Origin: a virus | Reading direction: 5' to 3' (one strand) | DNA: 64,000 nucleotides | Virus record (IMG/VR): IMGVR_UViG_3300042868_012782 | Location: 1 to 64,000 of that record | In this document: positions 38,027-47,060 of the stretch, piece after piece | How the letters are laid out: every line of letters starts with the position of its first letter | Position numbering within the stretch: position 1 is the first letter of the stretch | Notes under the pieces: model-generated | What the model saw: the letters and a program-made list of their open reading frames with translations, nothing else | The model's database searches: none | Told to the model about the DNA's origin: nothing | Translations under genes and position numbers: made by a program

Positions 38027-38548
38027 ATGTCGAGAAAATTCGTTACGAACGAGCAGATCGACGCAGCGTTAGCTGTTGAAGACAATATGAATATTATTCG
38101 GAAGGTGACCGCTAAGTATGCCTCAGTTATTCATTACGATGACCTCAAGACGTGTGGCCTGAACGCTCTTTGGCGCACGCTTGAATGCCACGACCCAAGC
38201 TACAATCAGAAATTTACGACGTCACTTTACAGATTCGTGGAGTGGGAGTGTCAGAGAGAACTTAGACGCAAAAGAACCAAAGTACTCTCCCTGACTGTCC
38301 CGTTAGAGCAAGCGAAACCCCACGAAGTATCTGCTCACGCGATGCCATCCGCCGACGTGGAATTGGTTCGCGAGGTAATTTCCGCAATGGATGAGCAAGA
38401 TCGGGAGATTATACATTTTCATTTTCTGGAGGGGCACAGTCTAAGAGATGCCGCTCGCCGTTTTGGGTTTAGCAAACAGGTTGCACGCAAGAAAAAACAA
38501 GAAGCGCTTGAAAAACTGCGCGAACGCCTAATCAATCATGCTGGTTAA
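38027..38548 (+). CDS. Second sigma70/ECF-like sigma factor
   Basis: DDL...G..ALWR....D....KFTT.LY; region 4 DREII..HF.EG.SL...A..FG.S. Confidence 0.88.
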   Translation: MSRKFVTNEQIDAALAVEDNMNIIRKVTAKYASVIHYDDLKTCGLNALWRTLECHDPSYNQKFTTSLYRFVEWECQRELRRKRTKVLSLTVPLEQAKPHEVSAHAMPSADVELVREVISAMDEQDREIIHFHFLEGHSLRDAARRFGFSKQVARKKKQEALEKLRERLINHAG

Positions 38549-38582
38549 TATGGTTGGCTATCCACCACACTGGAGAATTTTC

Positions 38583-38843
38583 ATGGCAACCAATGCTGAT
38601 CAAGTTAAGAAGTACATTTCTCTTTTCCTGAGTACGGCCAAGTGGATTCAGGCTATTGTTCCAGGAAATAATGACGACAAGGTAATTGAAGCAATCAGCA
38701 ACATGGTGACACAGCCATGGTTTGTGGATTTCGCTGTTTTTGTTCTTAGCCAGTTTGAAAACGGCAAGACTCCAAGTATGGCTGAGTTCGGTTTTGCCAT
38801 CAGTCAATTTGCACCCGATCAGAACGACGCTCCACAATCCTAA
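38583..38843 (+). CDS. Hypothetical protein
   Basis: GGAG RBS. Confidence 0.7.
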   Translation: MATNADQVKKYISLFLSTAKWIQAIVPGNNDDKVIEAISNMVTQPWFVDFAVFVLSQFENGKTPSMAEFGFAISQFAPDQNDAPQS

Positions 38844-38851
38844 GGTGAACC

Positions 38852-39652
38852 ATGATTGGTATGTCTGCTTTTCTCCTAACTCTCTTTGCGTTTCCTGGAC
38901 CAGGGGGCGAAGCAGACAAATACGTGGTTCCCAAGCAAGTGATTGTTGGAGCAGAGAGTCCCGTCCCATTGGGCGAGTTGGTCGACTTGTCTCTTTCTGC
39001 GATTGAGCCTAAGCCAGCGAACCTTATACAGCAATCAGTAGCATGGCAAGTCTTTGAAGGCGGACTACCAAAGCGCGTGCGCTCTACTAACGATGGCATA
39101 TTCTTCGGTGCTGGTGTTCAGCCCAAGAGAATGTTGGTTATCGCTGCTGTTTCCTATCTCTTCGCTAGTAAGGATGGCGACAAGATCACTGATGTCCAGG
39201 TCAAGAGCGTGCTCCTGACTGCGGATTTGCAAATCGGCCGGCCTGAACCGTTGCCGGGACCAGGGCCTCGTCCTGTCCCGCCTCCGGATTCCACCCCCAC
39301 TTTGCCGGAGGGGCGGTTCGGGCTGGCTAAAATTTCATTTGATTTGGCCATGTCGAAGGTCGCAGAGAATAGGGCTAGTGGCGCCTCCATCCTCGGTTCG
39401 TCTTTCGAGTCTCTTGCGTCTGCCGTGGCGGCAGGTGCTTATAAAACAGTCGAATCAATACTAAAAGCTACGAACGAAGCTAATAACTCAGCACTGACGC
39501 AAGCCAATCTCAAGATCACTGATTGGGATGCTTTTGGTAATGATCTTCAAAAACTATTGTATGACCTTCACAAGAATAAAAAATTAGTAACTACTGAAGA
39601 TTATTCGGATGCCTGGAAAGAAATTGCTTTAGGACTGAGGGCCGTCAAGTGA
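38852..39652 (+). CDS. Secreted/membrane protein with Pro-rich linker
   Basis: Signal peptide; PEPLPGPGPRPVPPP linker. Confidence 0.8.
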   Translation: MIGMSAFLLTLFAFPGPGGEADKYVVPKQVIVGAESPVPLGELVDLSLSAIEPKPANLIQQSVAWQVFEGGLPKRVRSTNDGIFFGAGVQPKRMLVIAAVSYLFASKDGDKITDVQVKSVLLTADLQIGRPEPLPGPGPRPVPPPDSTPTLPEGRFGLAKISFDLAMSKVAENRASGASILGSSFESLASAVAAGAYKTVESILKATNEANNSALTQANLKITDWDAFGNDLQKLLYDLHKNKKLVTTEDYSDAWKEIALGLRAVK

Positions 39653-40581
39653 GCGACACCATTATTTCCTCCTACGTGAATGGGGACGAGTCTGGGTGGT
39701 TTGGCGAAGAAGTTGCTGCCGAGCAGTGGCCAGTAATGCAGGAAGCCGCCAACTTCGTTGAATTTGATCTTTTCGGTGATGTGCAGGCCCCTAAGTACTC
39801 AGAAAACTATCGAGTAGCTCAACGCGTTATTGGTCGTAGTATCGGGGGGGCATCTAGCGTGCAACTAATTGGAGACTGTGTCTCCTGGGGGATGAAGCAT
39901 GCTGTTGAGTATCTAGCGTGCTGCGACATCCTCATGCGTAAAGATGCAGAAGAATTTCATCATATATTTGCTCCATACATCTACGGTGTGTCGCGGGTCC
40001 AAATCGGTGGGGGGCGACTCTCTGGCGACGGCAGTCTTGGGAGTTGGGCCGCAGCTGGAGTGATGAAGTACGGAGTGATTTTTGCGAACAAAAACGAAAC
40101 TCCAGTATACTCAAAAGAAGTCGCTAAGAAGTGGGGCGCTAATGGACCTCCGTCTAGCTATCTAGCCATAGGAAAAAACTATCTTGTCCAGTCTGCTGCT
40201 AAGGTAAAAAGCTGGGATCAGCTCATCGCAGGTTTGGCCAATGGCTATTCGTGTACAGTCGCATCCAATCAAGGCTTCACGATGAAGCCCGACAAAGACG
40301 GCTTTCATCAAGCAGACGGACAATGGATGCACCAAATGTGTATTTATGATTATTGCTTAGATCCTGATCCTCATGTTCTTATCGCCAACAGTTGGGGCGA
40401 TGTTCACGGAACACTTAAGCATTTTGCTACTGGTGAAACACTACCGGCCGGAACCATTAGGGCTAAGAAGTCCGTCATTGAACGCATGATAGGACAAGGC
40501 GACACTTTCCTTGTGTCGCAGTACAATGGCTTCCCCACTCAGGATATTCCTGCCGCCCTATTTAAGCTTGTCGGCCGTTAA
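39649..40581 (+). CDS. Papain-like (C1 family) cysteine peptidase
   Basis: QLIGDCVSWG (Q, C), HQM (H), NSWG (N). Confidence 0.82.
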   Translation: MSDTIISSYVNGDESGWFGEEVAAEQWPVMQEAANFVEFDLFGDVQAPKYSENYRVAQRVIGRSIGGASSVQLIGDCVSWGMKHAVEYLACCDILMRKDAEEFHHIFAPYIYGVSRVQIGGGRLSGDGSLGSWAAAGVMKYGVIFANKNETPVYSKEVAKKWGANGPPSSYLAIGKNYLVQSAAKVKSWDQLIAGLANGYSCTVASNQGFTMKPDKDGFHQADGQWMHQMCIYDYCLDPDPHVLIANSWGDVHGTLKHFATGETLPAGTIRAKKSVIERMIGQGDTFLVSQYNGFPTQDIPAALFKLVGR

Positions 40582-40596
40582 CTGCGAGGACGCCTC

Positions 40597-40938
40597 ATGA
40601 AACAGGGCGAGTACGACGTGAAGCTGGAGCCAGTATTGGATGGCGCCTACCCCAAGCTTCAAGAATATGTGGGTGAGCAGCTTGTTGGACTGCCACTCAT
40701 GACTATCCTGATGATTGTTTCCGTGGGCATGCAGGCCCTCTTTTATCTTTGGCAATGTCGACGCGCCAGAGTTATTTTGCGACGCATGGCGCTCTGTAAT
40801 GGCCCAATCAGCCAGACCTACTTGCGTCACAAGGTGTATGTACCCTTGATAAGGGCAGGTATCCCCGAGGCAGATGCCGAGCGGGCCACCCAGGCTTTGC
40901 GAATGGCGTTTGTCGAGGGACACTTTGATGGTGGGTGA
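40597..40938 (+). CDS. Membrane protein
   Basis: Single TM segment. Confidence 0.7.
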   Translation: MKQGEYDVKLEPVLDGAYPKLQEYVGEQLVGLPLMTILMIVSVGMQALFYLWQCRRARVILRRMALCNGPISQTYLRHKVYVPLIRAGIPEADAERATQALRMAFVEGHFDGG

Positions 40939-42034
40939 GTTCCGACGCTATTCCGGTGCCTCCTCAACTCTAGGTGAAACCACCAGTGCGACAGCGACAC
41001 AAATCGTTGTTGCATTTTCTAATTTTCCTGCGCTACCACCGTTTGACATAGTCATCGATTCAGAAATAATTTCAGTCATTGGTATTTCATCACAGCCTGT
41101 AGGTACAGGCGCACTACTAGGAATGATTCAGCCTCCCGAGACCCTGACTTTTACTGTCTTGCGTGGTAGGGAGGGAACCACTGCCTCTAAGCACCTAGCC
41201 GGTCGTCCGGTCAAATGCGTCATAACATCAGACGGCTTTCTTTCACTCTCAGACGACAAGGGGTATTCCGGCCTTCGTGTTGTATCTGGTGGTTCGATTT
41301 CGGTAGAAATCACCGATGGCGATGGCATTTTCTTGATCGATCCATCTAATGAAAGATGGCGAGAGTTCCCTGTCCAGGATGACGTGATCCTTCCACTTCT
41401 GTCCGATGGAGAGGTGGGTGACGTCTATGCCTACTGGTCAGATGTCACAGATATGGTGGAGTACGAGATACAGAATTGGATTTCTCCACAGTCTCCTGCT
41501 CAAAGATCCATTAGGGACGGCGTGACAAGTAGAACAAGTAGTCTAACCAGAAGATATGTTGGCTCAGTGCAAAGACAAGGTGCGCTGTATAGCGCAAGCG
41601 TTCTTCGGCTATCGCTGACATCAGCTTCGCTGGTAAGCTTGAAGCACGGAGGGTTTCGTGCCTTGAGATTGGTTCCCACAGTGTCAACGGTCACCCTTAA
41701 TGGCCTACAGACAGCACGCGATGGATCAGTGATCGTTTTGCACAATGCTGCGGCGACACAAAAGGTGGTGCTTAAGCACAACTCCAATGCGGCTTCTGCT
41801 GGAGAAAAATTCCTGCTTCCAAAAGGCTTGGATCTGCCCATCGATCCGCTGGATGGAGTCGTGGCGATCTACGACGTGGCCAGCCAAGCCTGGAGGACGT
41901 TGTCAAACTGCTATATTCGAGAACCGCGTCCAGAAGATCCCGTGCTCCAAGATAACAGTCTAGAGGACGGCTCCGATAATCTAATGGCATATGCAGACGG
42001 GCGATCCGACACAATCTTCTACAAGGGCAATTGA
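40928..42034 (+). CDS. Putative virion/tail protein; paralog of the N-terminus of 42729..46838
   Basis: Shared LTV.RGREGTTA..H, RWR.FPV, DVxA.W, KHNS motifs. Confidence 0.75.
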   Translation: MVGEFRRYSGASSTLGETTSATATQIVVAFSNFPALPPFDIVIDSEIISVIGISSQPVGTGALLGMIQPPETLTFTVLRGREGTTASKHLAGRPVKCVITSDGFLSLSDDKGYSGLRVVSGGSISVEITDGDGIFLIDPSNERWREFPVQDDVILPLLSDGEVGDVYAYWSDVTDMVEYEIQNWISPQSPAQRSIRDGVTSRTSSLTRRYVGSVQRQGALYSASVLRLSLTSASLVSLKHGGFRALRLVPTVSTVTLNGLQTARDGSVIVLHNAAATQKVVLKHNSNAASAGEKFLLPKGLDLPIDPLDGVVAIYDVASQAWRTLSNCYIREPRPEDPVLQDNSLEDGSDNLMAYADGRSDTIFYKGN

Positions 42035-42035
42035 C

Positions 42036-42725
42036 ATGGCTGACAATGTGACAATAGTTGGAACAGTAGTTGCGGCCGACGAGGTTAGCGACGGGACATT
42101 AGGAACTGTCAAGGTTCAATATGTCAAGATTATGGACGGGACTCTTGACGGCACCAATAAGGCTCAGGTGGGAGCAAGTGGACTGTCTGTTTTAGCGTCT
42201 CAAAACGGATCTTGGTCAGTCGCAGTACCGACTCTTGCGGCATCGGCTCCGTCGCTCAAATCTACTGCTCCTGGCGTTGGAACTTTCGTCTCGGACGGAT
42301 CGGGATGGCAACCAGCCATCAATCCTGTTGGCGCGGGGGCAACTACTTCGGGTAGTGGTCTGGCTGCCGGAACAGACTACTTATTTAATGGTGTTTCGTA
42401 TGAGAGGCAGCGCACACCATCCGTATGGAAAGATGTTGTTGCTTCGGGGGTGCTGGCTACAGTATGGACTCCCGCCTCAGGCAAGACTATTCGTTTCATG
42501 GGCGGGCATATTTCTGCTGCTAGCGGAGTTAGCTTGTTGTTTGAGGATAATACCACCGGAAACTTCATTTTTAGAACGCCTATTTTAACAGCAAATGTGC
42601 CGTTCTCATTTGCCTTAGGTAACGGTATCCCTATGTCGGGAGCTAACCGAACCCTAAAGGCGACCCAGACACCCAACTCGCCGGTCGTCACCTTCACAGG
42701 GACCATATACGGCACCGAGGAGTAA
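42036..42725 (+). CDS. Putative virion structural protein
   Basis: G/T/S/A-rich beta-type composition; between tail-like genes. Confidence 0.7.
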   Translation: MADNVTIVGTVVAADEVSDGTLGTVKVQYVKIMDGTLDGTNKAQVGASGLSVLASQNGSWSVAVPTLAASAPSLKSTAPGVGTFVSDGSGWQPAINPVGAGATTSGSGLAAGTDYLFNGVSYERQRTPSVWKDVVASGVLATVWTPASGKTIRFMGGHISAASGVSLLFEDNTTGNFIFRTPILTANVPFSFALGNGIPMSGANRTLKATQTPNSPVVTFTGTIYGTEE

Positions 42726-42728
42726 CAG

Positions 42729-45700
42729 ATGGCTTTTCACCGCTTCGCCAATCAGGCGGTCACCTATCTGGCCAACACTATCAACAGTTCGGCCACTTCG
42801 GTCGTTGTGGTTTCTGCCACTAAATTTCCACAGGTTCCTTTTGAAGTGACTTGTGGTTCAGAAGTTATGCGTGTCACAGACATCAATTTGGTGACCAATA
42901 CGCTTACTGTTATTAGGGGTAGGGAAGGGACTACTGCGGCGACGCATGCTTCGGGTGACGCAATTGCACACACGCTCACTCGTGATGGACTATTAGATAC
43001 TCTATCGGGAAACGGAACTAACAATACTGCACTCTCGTTTTCTTCTACAGATCCAGAAGCAGTCGGTGGAGCAACCGTATATTTGACTCCATTATCCGGT
43101 AACAATATTGGACTTTATGATGCTTTAGAGCAACGATGGAGACGTTTTCCTGTTACTATACCTCCGTCTGTCGACGCCAACGAAGTAGCTGGTTCTTGTG
43201 TAGATGTGTTTGCGTCCTGGAACAATTCGACACAGTCCGTCGTTTTGAACAAGGTAGTATTTGATTGTGAGGACGGCCGATCTGCTGGCTACGATCTTGT
43301 TCGAGTAGACGGAGTCGTTGTTTCTGAGTCAGCACTTGCCTGGCGGCATGTGGGCACTTATCAAATGGTGTCAAGCAATCAAGTGGCCTTAAACTCCAAT
43401 ACTCCAATACTTTCTGGATATCAGAATGCCGAGATACCGCGGTTAGGAAAAAAGATTCTTAGAATCGACCCACCGATAACTTCTTATGAAATCCATGGCG
43501 TCGAACCAGCAGAAGATGGCGCAACAATCTACCTACTTAATGTCTCCAGCTCCGATACAATTTTGATCAAGCATAACTCTGGTACGGCTGGCGCCAACGC
43601 TAAAATTCTGGCGCTTGATGCTGATGATTATCCGATTTATCCGCTCGGAGGCGTTACGCTTGTTTATGATGCTTCGTCGGCTGCCTATCGCATGATCGGA
43701 GCATGTTGTGCTACGACAACCACAGCTCCAACAACCACCACTACTACAACTACTACGACAACAACCACAACTGCTGGTCCAGGAACAACAACTACCGCTG
43801 GACCAACAACGACATCGACTCCAACGACGACAACTCCAGATCCCTACTCTGCATCGTGCTTGCCCTCTACTACCTACGTTCGAGTATCTACAGATACTAA
43901 TGGCGTGAGTGGTCCTCACTTTGAGTTTTCTGCGGATAATTCCGCATGGTTCGTCATCAGTTCGGGTAGCCCTAAGCTGATTGCTAATCGTACCTATACA
44001 TTCAAGCTAACTAACACCTCGTCTCACCCATTCCGCGTTTTCGACACGGATGGATTCAATCGGTTAGTAAAAACTACAGTTGGCGGAGCTAGTGGAACAG
44101 CAGCAGATGGATTTTGGGGTGGCGACGTCACGATGACGGTCGTACTCCTTGATAAGACGCCATTCTCTTATGATTGTGGTCTACACGGTTTTGAGGGTGG
44201 CATCGGCGAAAATGCTCTTGTCTACGGTGGAGACTGTTCGATTTGCGCGCAACCTGCAATGTACTTAAGGTTGAACGAGGATCCTGCAACCTATCCGCCA
44301 CCTCCCGCCTGGCCGTCCAGCGTGCCAGTGCTTCAATACAACAAATCAAGCGTATATGCTGATGTATTTAGTGGTAGCTATGCCGACGGCCTTAAAAGTT
44401 CTTTTGTCCCCATTCAAACTAACTATTCCTACAGCGTCATTGATGACAATAGAATGGGGCTGACAGGTCAAATTTCCGGAATCAAGCTCAAGCTGTATGG
44501 ATTGCGTTCAACGATTGCTTCGGCTGATAATAAGTGCGTCGTATTTTTGGGCTATACTACTGCTGAGTCCACGCCGATTACCAAGAGATGCTTGTTGGCT
44601 GGAGAGTTAGATGCTTCTGGCACAAATGTCTCTGGTGGAATCGACTATGTAATTGAACCAAATGACTCCCTCTCTGCCTGGTCCTTTGGGGCGGCTGGTA
44701 CGTACAAGCCTAATCCCAATAGCAAGCTGTCTACCTCTTATGAGGCAGGTGATTCCTTACCACACGCTCAACTTATTGATCTCATCGGACTGAGCGCCAG
44801 AGGTACTTTTTTCCTATTGATCAAAGCTAGTAACCAGAGTGGTGCTGGTGTTGTCACTGTTGATAGTTTTTCCGTTGAGATTCTGACAAGTAATGATGAG
44901 ACGCGAACATTCTGGGCACGCCCGAATGATCAGATTGGATTCAATCCAACAGATGCCTTTGGTGTGTTGGCCGATATTCCTCTGGAAAGAAACTATGGGT
45001 TGTCTGAGCTTCCAACAGATCTTGCTATCGCAGAGGTCAAGTACGTCCGCTTCCGCTCTGAATACGATGCCAATTACCACCTGTGGGCTGGTGGTCAAGA
45101 CACAGGTGGGGTCAAGCTGGAAATATTCCGAAATTGGAACGCTTCCGGCTCTCCCGTCTCCACTTATTTCAATCTGTACGATTCCTCACGCAAGCGATTA
45201 CTCTGTTCGTCAGGAGAGTTCATTACCTTTAAGTTCACCAACACCTCGGCGACAGCCAAAACTATCAGTCTCAAGCTCCAAACTCCAGGCATCAACTATG
45301 AAATGAGCGCGGATGGTACTAATTGGCATCTGCCTAACCGTTGGACTTTTGGTGGGGCTGGTACTAGTACGCCAGCCTCGTATAAGATTGACTTGCGCCA
45401 TCTGACCAATCCGCGCTTTGCATTCAAGGTTCGCCCGATTCCAGGTGGTACTTCGGCATTTGTGGAAAGTACGGCTTCCACTATCAATAGTTCTATAGGC
45501 CCAGGGCCATATTATTATGCCAACCCAAGCAATGTAAACAATAGCTATGTAAAGTTGCTAATGGGCTACAATCAACCCATTCAGAAATTTCTTGACACGC
45601 GTACCGGCACACTGATCATCAACGAAGATGATTTAGACGACGACCGTCAGTCTCTCGTATATGGTGCCGGGTGTGCTGGAGTCGTAGATCCGACGACTAC

Positions 45701-46838
45701 TGCAGGCCCCACCACCACTTCGGCTCCAACGACACCTGATCCTTGGATGCCAGGATATTATTGCGTAACAGATTCCTCAGATGGTCGAAAATATTGCTCA
45801 TACGTCTCGCTTACTCCACCCGAAAATCCAAATGTCTCTTATTTAGGTCCAGTAGCAAGTCTGGCTATGTGCCGGGCTGGATGCCTCTCGGGAACTACTA
45901 CGACATCGACGACGGCTGGCCCAGGCGTGACTACGACTACGCCTCCATGCACAGGATACTGTCTGTATACGTGGAACGGAGCGGGCTGGGACAAGGATGG
46001 GGCGGGCTATTGTTCGTCTGGTTGCGGATGCGTTGCGCCAAGCTTTGCGGGATCTTTCGCTGGGCAGGCTTCAGTTACTTACTGCTCTCCGACAACAACT
46101 ACGACGGCTGCGCCGACTACCACGACGGCTACGCCGACCACGACGGCTGCGCCGACCACGACGGCTGCGCCGACCACCACGACGGCTACGCCGACTACCA
46201 CGACGGCTGCGCCGACTACCACGACGGCTACGCCGACCACGACGGCTGCGCCGACTACCACGACGGCTGCGCCGACTACCACGACGGCTGCGCCGACTAC
46301 CACGACGGCTGCGCCGACTACCACGACGGCTGCGCCGACTACCACGACAACAACGCTGCCTCCGCCTCCTGATGAGTGTGGCGCTACTGGTTACGCTTAT
46401 TGGATGCCAGAATATAATTCCACAACATCAACCTACAGTTGGAGATGGTATAGTCAGAACTGCGCTGCGGGATATGAGCCAGCTACTCCATCTGGAGATC
46501 CGTCGACATATACTCCAGGATATTATGCTCTTTCTACTTGCTGTACGCCTACCGTTACCACAACGACATCTGCTCCTGGGGCAACGACGACTGCGCCGCC
46601 GACCACTACGACGAGCAATCCAACAACTACAACATCCATGTATGGAGGTTCGACGACGACAGTCGCGCCAACAAGCACTACGACGTCTCCTACAGGATAT
46701 TGTACATATGTTTGGTATGACGCCACTGGTTGGGCGGGTCCCACAGCAAGTAGCTGCTCGCCTGGCTATTCGTGCCCTCCTGAACCCGGACAAGAAGGTC
46801 CATCTAATGCATATGAAGCTAATATTCCATGCATTTGA
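42729..46838 (+). CDS. Large tail-fibre/adhesin-like protein with mucin-like Thr-rich linkers and Cys-rich modules
   Basis: 1369 aa; tail-type N-terminus; several PTTTTAA tracts. Confidence 0.8.
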   Translation: MAFHRFANQAVTYLANTINSSATSVVVVSATKFPQVPFEVTCGSEVMRVTDINLVTNTLTVIRGREGTTAATHASGDAIAHTLTRDGLLDTLSGNGTNNTALSFSSTDPEAVGGATVYLTPLSGNNIGLYDALEQRWRRFPVTIPPSVDANEVAGSCVDVFASWNNSTQSVVLNKVVFDCEDGRSAGYDLVRVDGVVVSESALAWRHVGTYQMVSSNQVALNSNTPILSGYQNAEIPRLGKKILRIDPPITSYEIHGVEPAEDGATIYLLNVSSSDTILIKHNSGTAGANAKILALDADDYPIYPLGGVTLVYDASSAAYRMIGACCATTTTAPTTTTTTTTTTTTTTAGPGTTTTAGPTTTSTPTTTTPDPYSASCLPSTTYVRVSTDTNGVSGPHFEFSADNSAWFVISSGSPKLIANRTYTFKLTNTSSHPFRVFDTDGFNRLVKTTVGGASGTAADGFWGGDVTMTVVLLDKTPFSYDCGLHGFEGGIGENALVYGGDCSICAQPAMYLRLNEDPATYPPPPAWPSSVPVLQYNKSSVYADVFSGSYADGLKSSFVPIQTNYSYSVIDDNRMGLTGQISGIKLKLYGLRSTIASADNKCVVFLGYTTAESTPITKRCLLAGELDASGTNVSGGIDYVIEPNDSLSAWSFGAAGTYKPNPNSKLSTSYEAGDSLPHAQLIDLIGLSARGTFFLLIKASNQSGAGVVTVDSFSVEILTSNDETRTFWARPNDQIGFNPTDAFGVLADIPLERNYGLSELPTDLAIAEVKYVRFRSEYDANYHLWAGGQDTGGVKLEIFRNWNASGSPVSTYFNLYDSSRKRLLCSSGEFITFKFTNTSATAKTISLKLQTPGINYEMSADGTNWHLPNRWTFGGAGTSTPASYKIDLRHLTNPRFAFKVRPIPGGTSAFVESTASTINSSIGPGPYYYANPSNVNNSYVKLLMGYNQPIQKFLDTRTGTLIINEDDLDDDRQSLVYGAGCAGVVDPTTTAGPTTTSAPTTPDPWMPGYYCVTDSSDGRKYCSYVSLTPPENPNVSYLGPVASLAMCRAGCLSGTTTTSTTAGPGVTTTTPPCTGYCLYTWNGAGWDKDGAGYCSSGCGCVAPSFAGSFAGQASVTYCSPTTTTTAAPTTTTATPTTTAAPTTTAAPTTTTATPTTTTAAPTTTTATPTTTAAPTTTTAAPTTTTAAPTTTTAAPTTTTAAPTTTTTTLPPPPDECGATGYAYWMPEYNSTTSTYSWRWYSQNCAAGYEPATPSGDPSTYTPGYYALSTCCTPTVTTTTSAPGATTTAPPTTTTSNPTTTTSMYGGSTTTVAPTSTTTSPTGYCTYVWYDATGWAGPTASSCSPGYSCPPEPGQEGPSNAYEANIPCI
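46090..46355 (+). repeat. Coding tandem repeat of 18/21-bp units (PTTT(T)A(A/T))
   Basis: CCGACTACCACGACGGCTGCG-type units, about 13 copies. Confidence 0.92.
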
Positions 46839-47060
46839 TTTTCATTAATAAAAAAACGCAAGGCGTTACTGTAAATGACTTTGCGTAAACGCAAAAGCAA
46901 AAGCTAGATCAATTAACGGGCCTAGACTATTATCTTCTGTGCTTAGTGGTCGAGGGGGACCGCATCCTGCCCGCGCCTATCGGTGTAATCTACCTTTGCC
47001 GCAATTTATCCACGGTGTTGTTCTAGAGGTCGGCCCCTCTAGACTTATGGAGGTTTCTCA

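Noticed and set aside
45743-46848. Alternate-frame ORFs with DYHDGCA, RRLRRLP or VVVGAA repeats
   Set aside because: By-products of the Thr-rich tandem repeat in the fibre gene.
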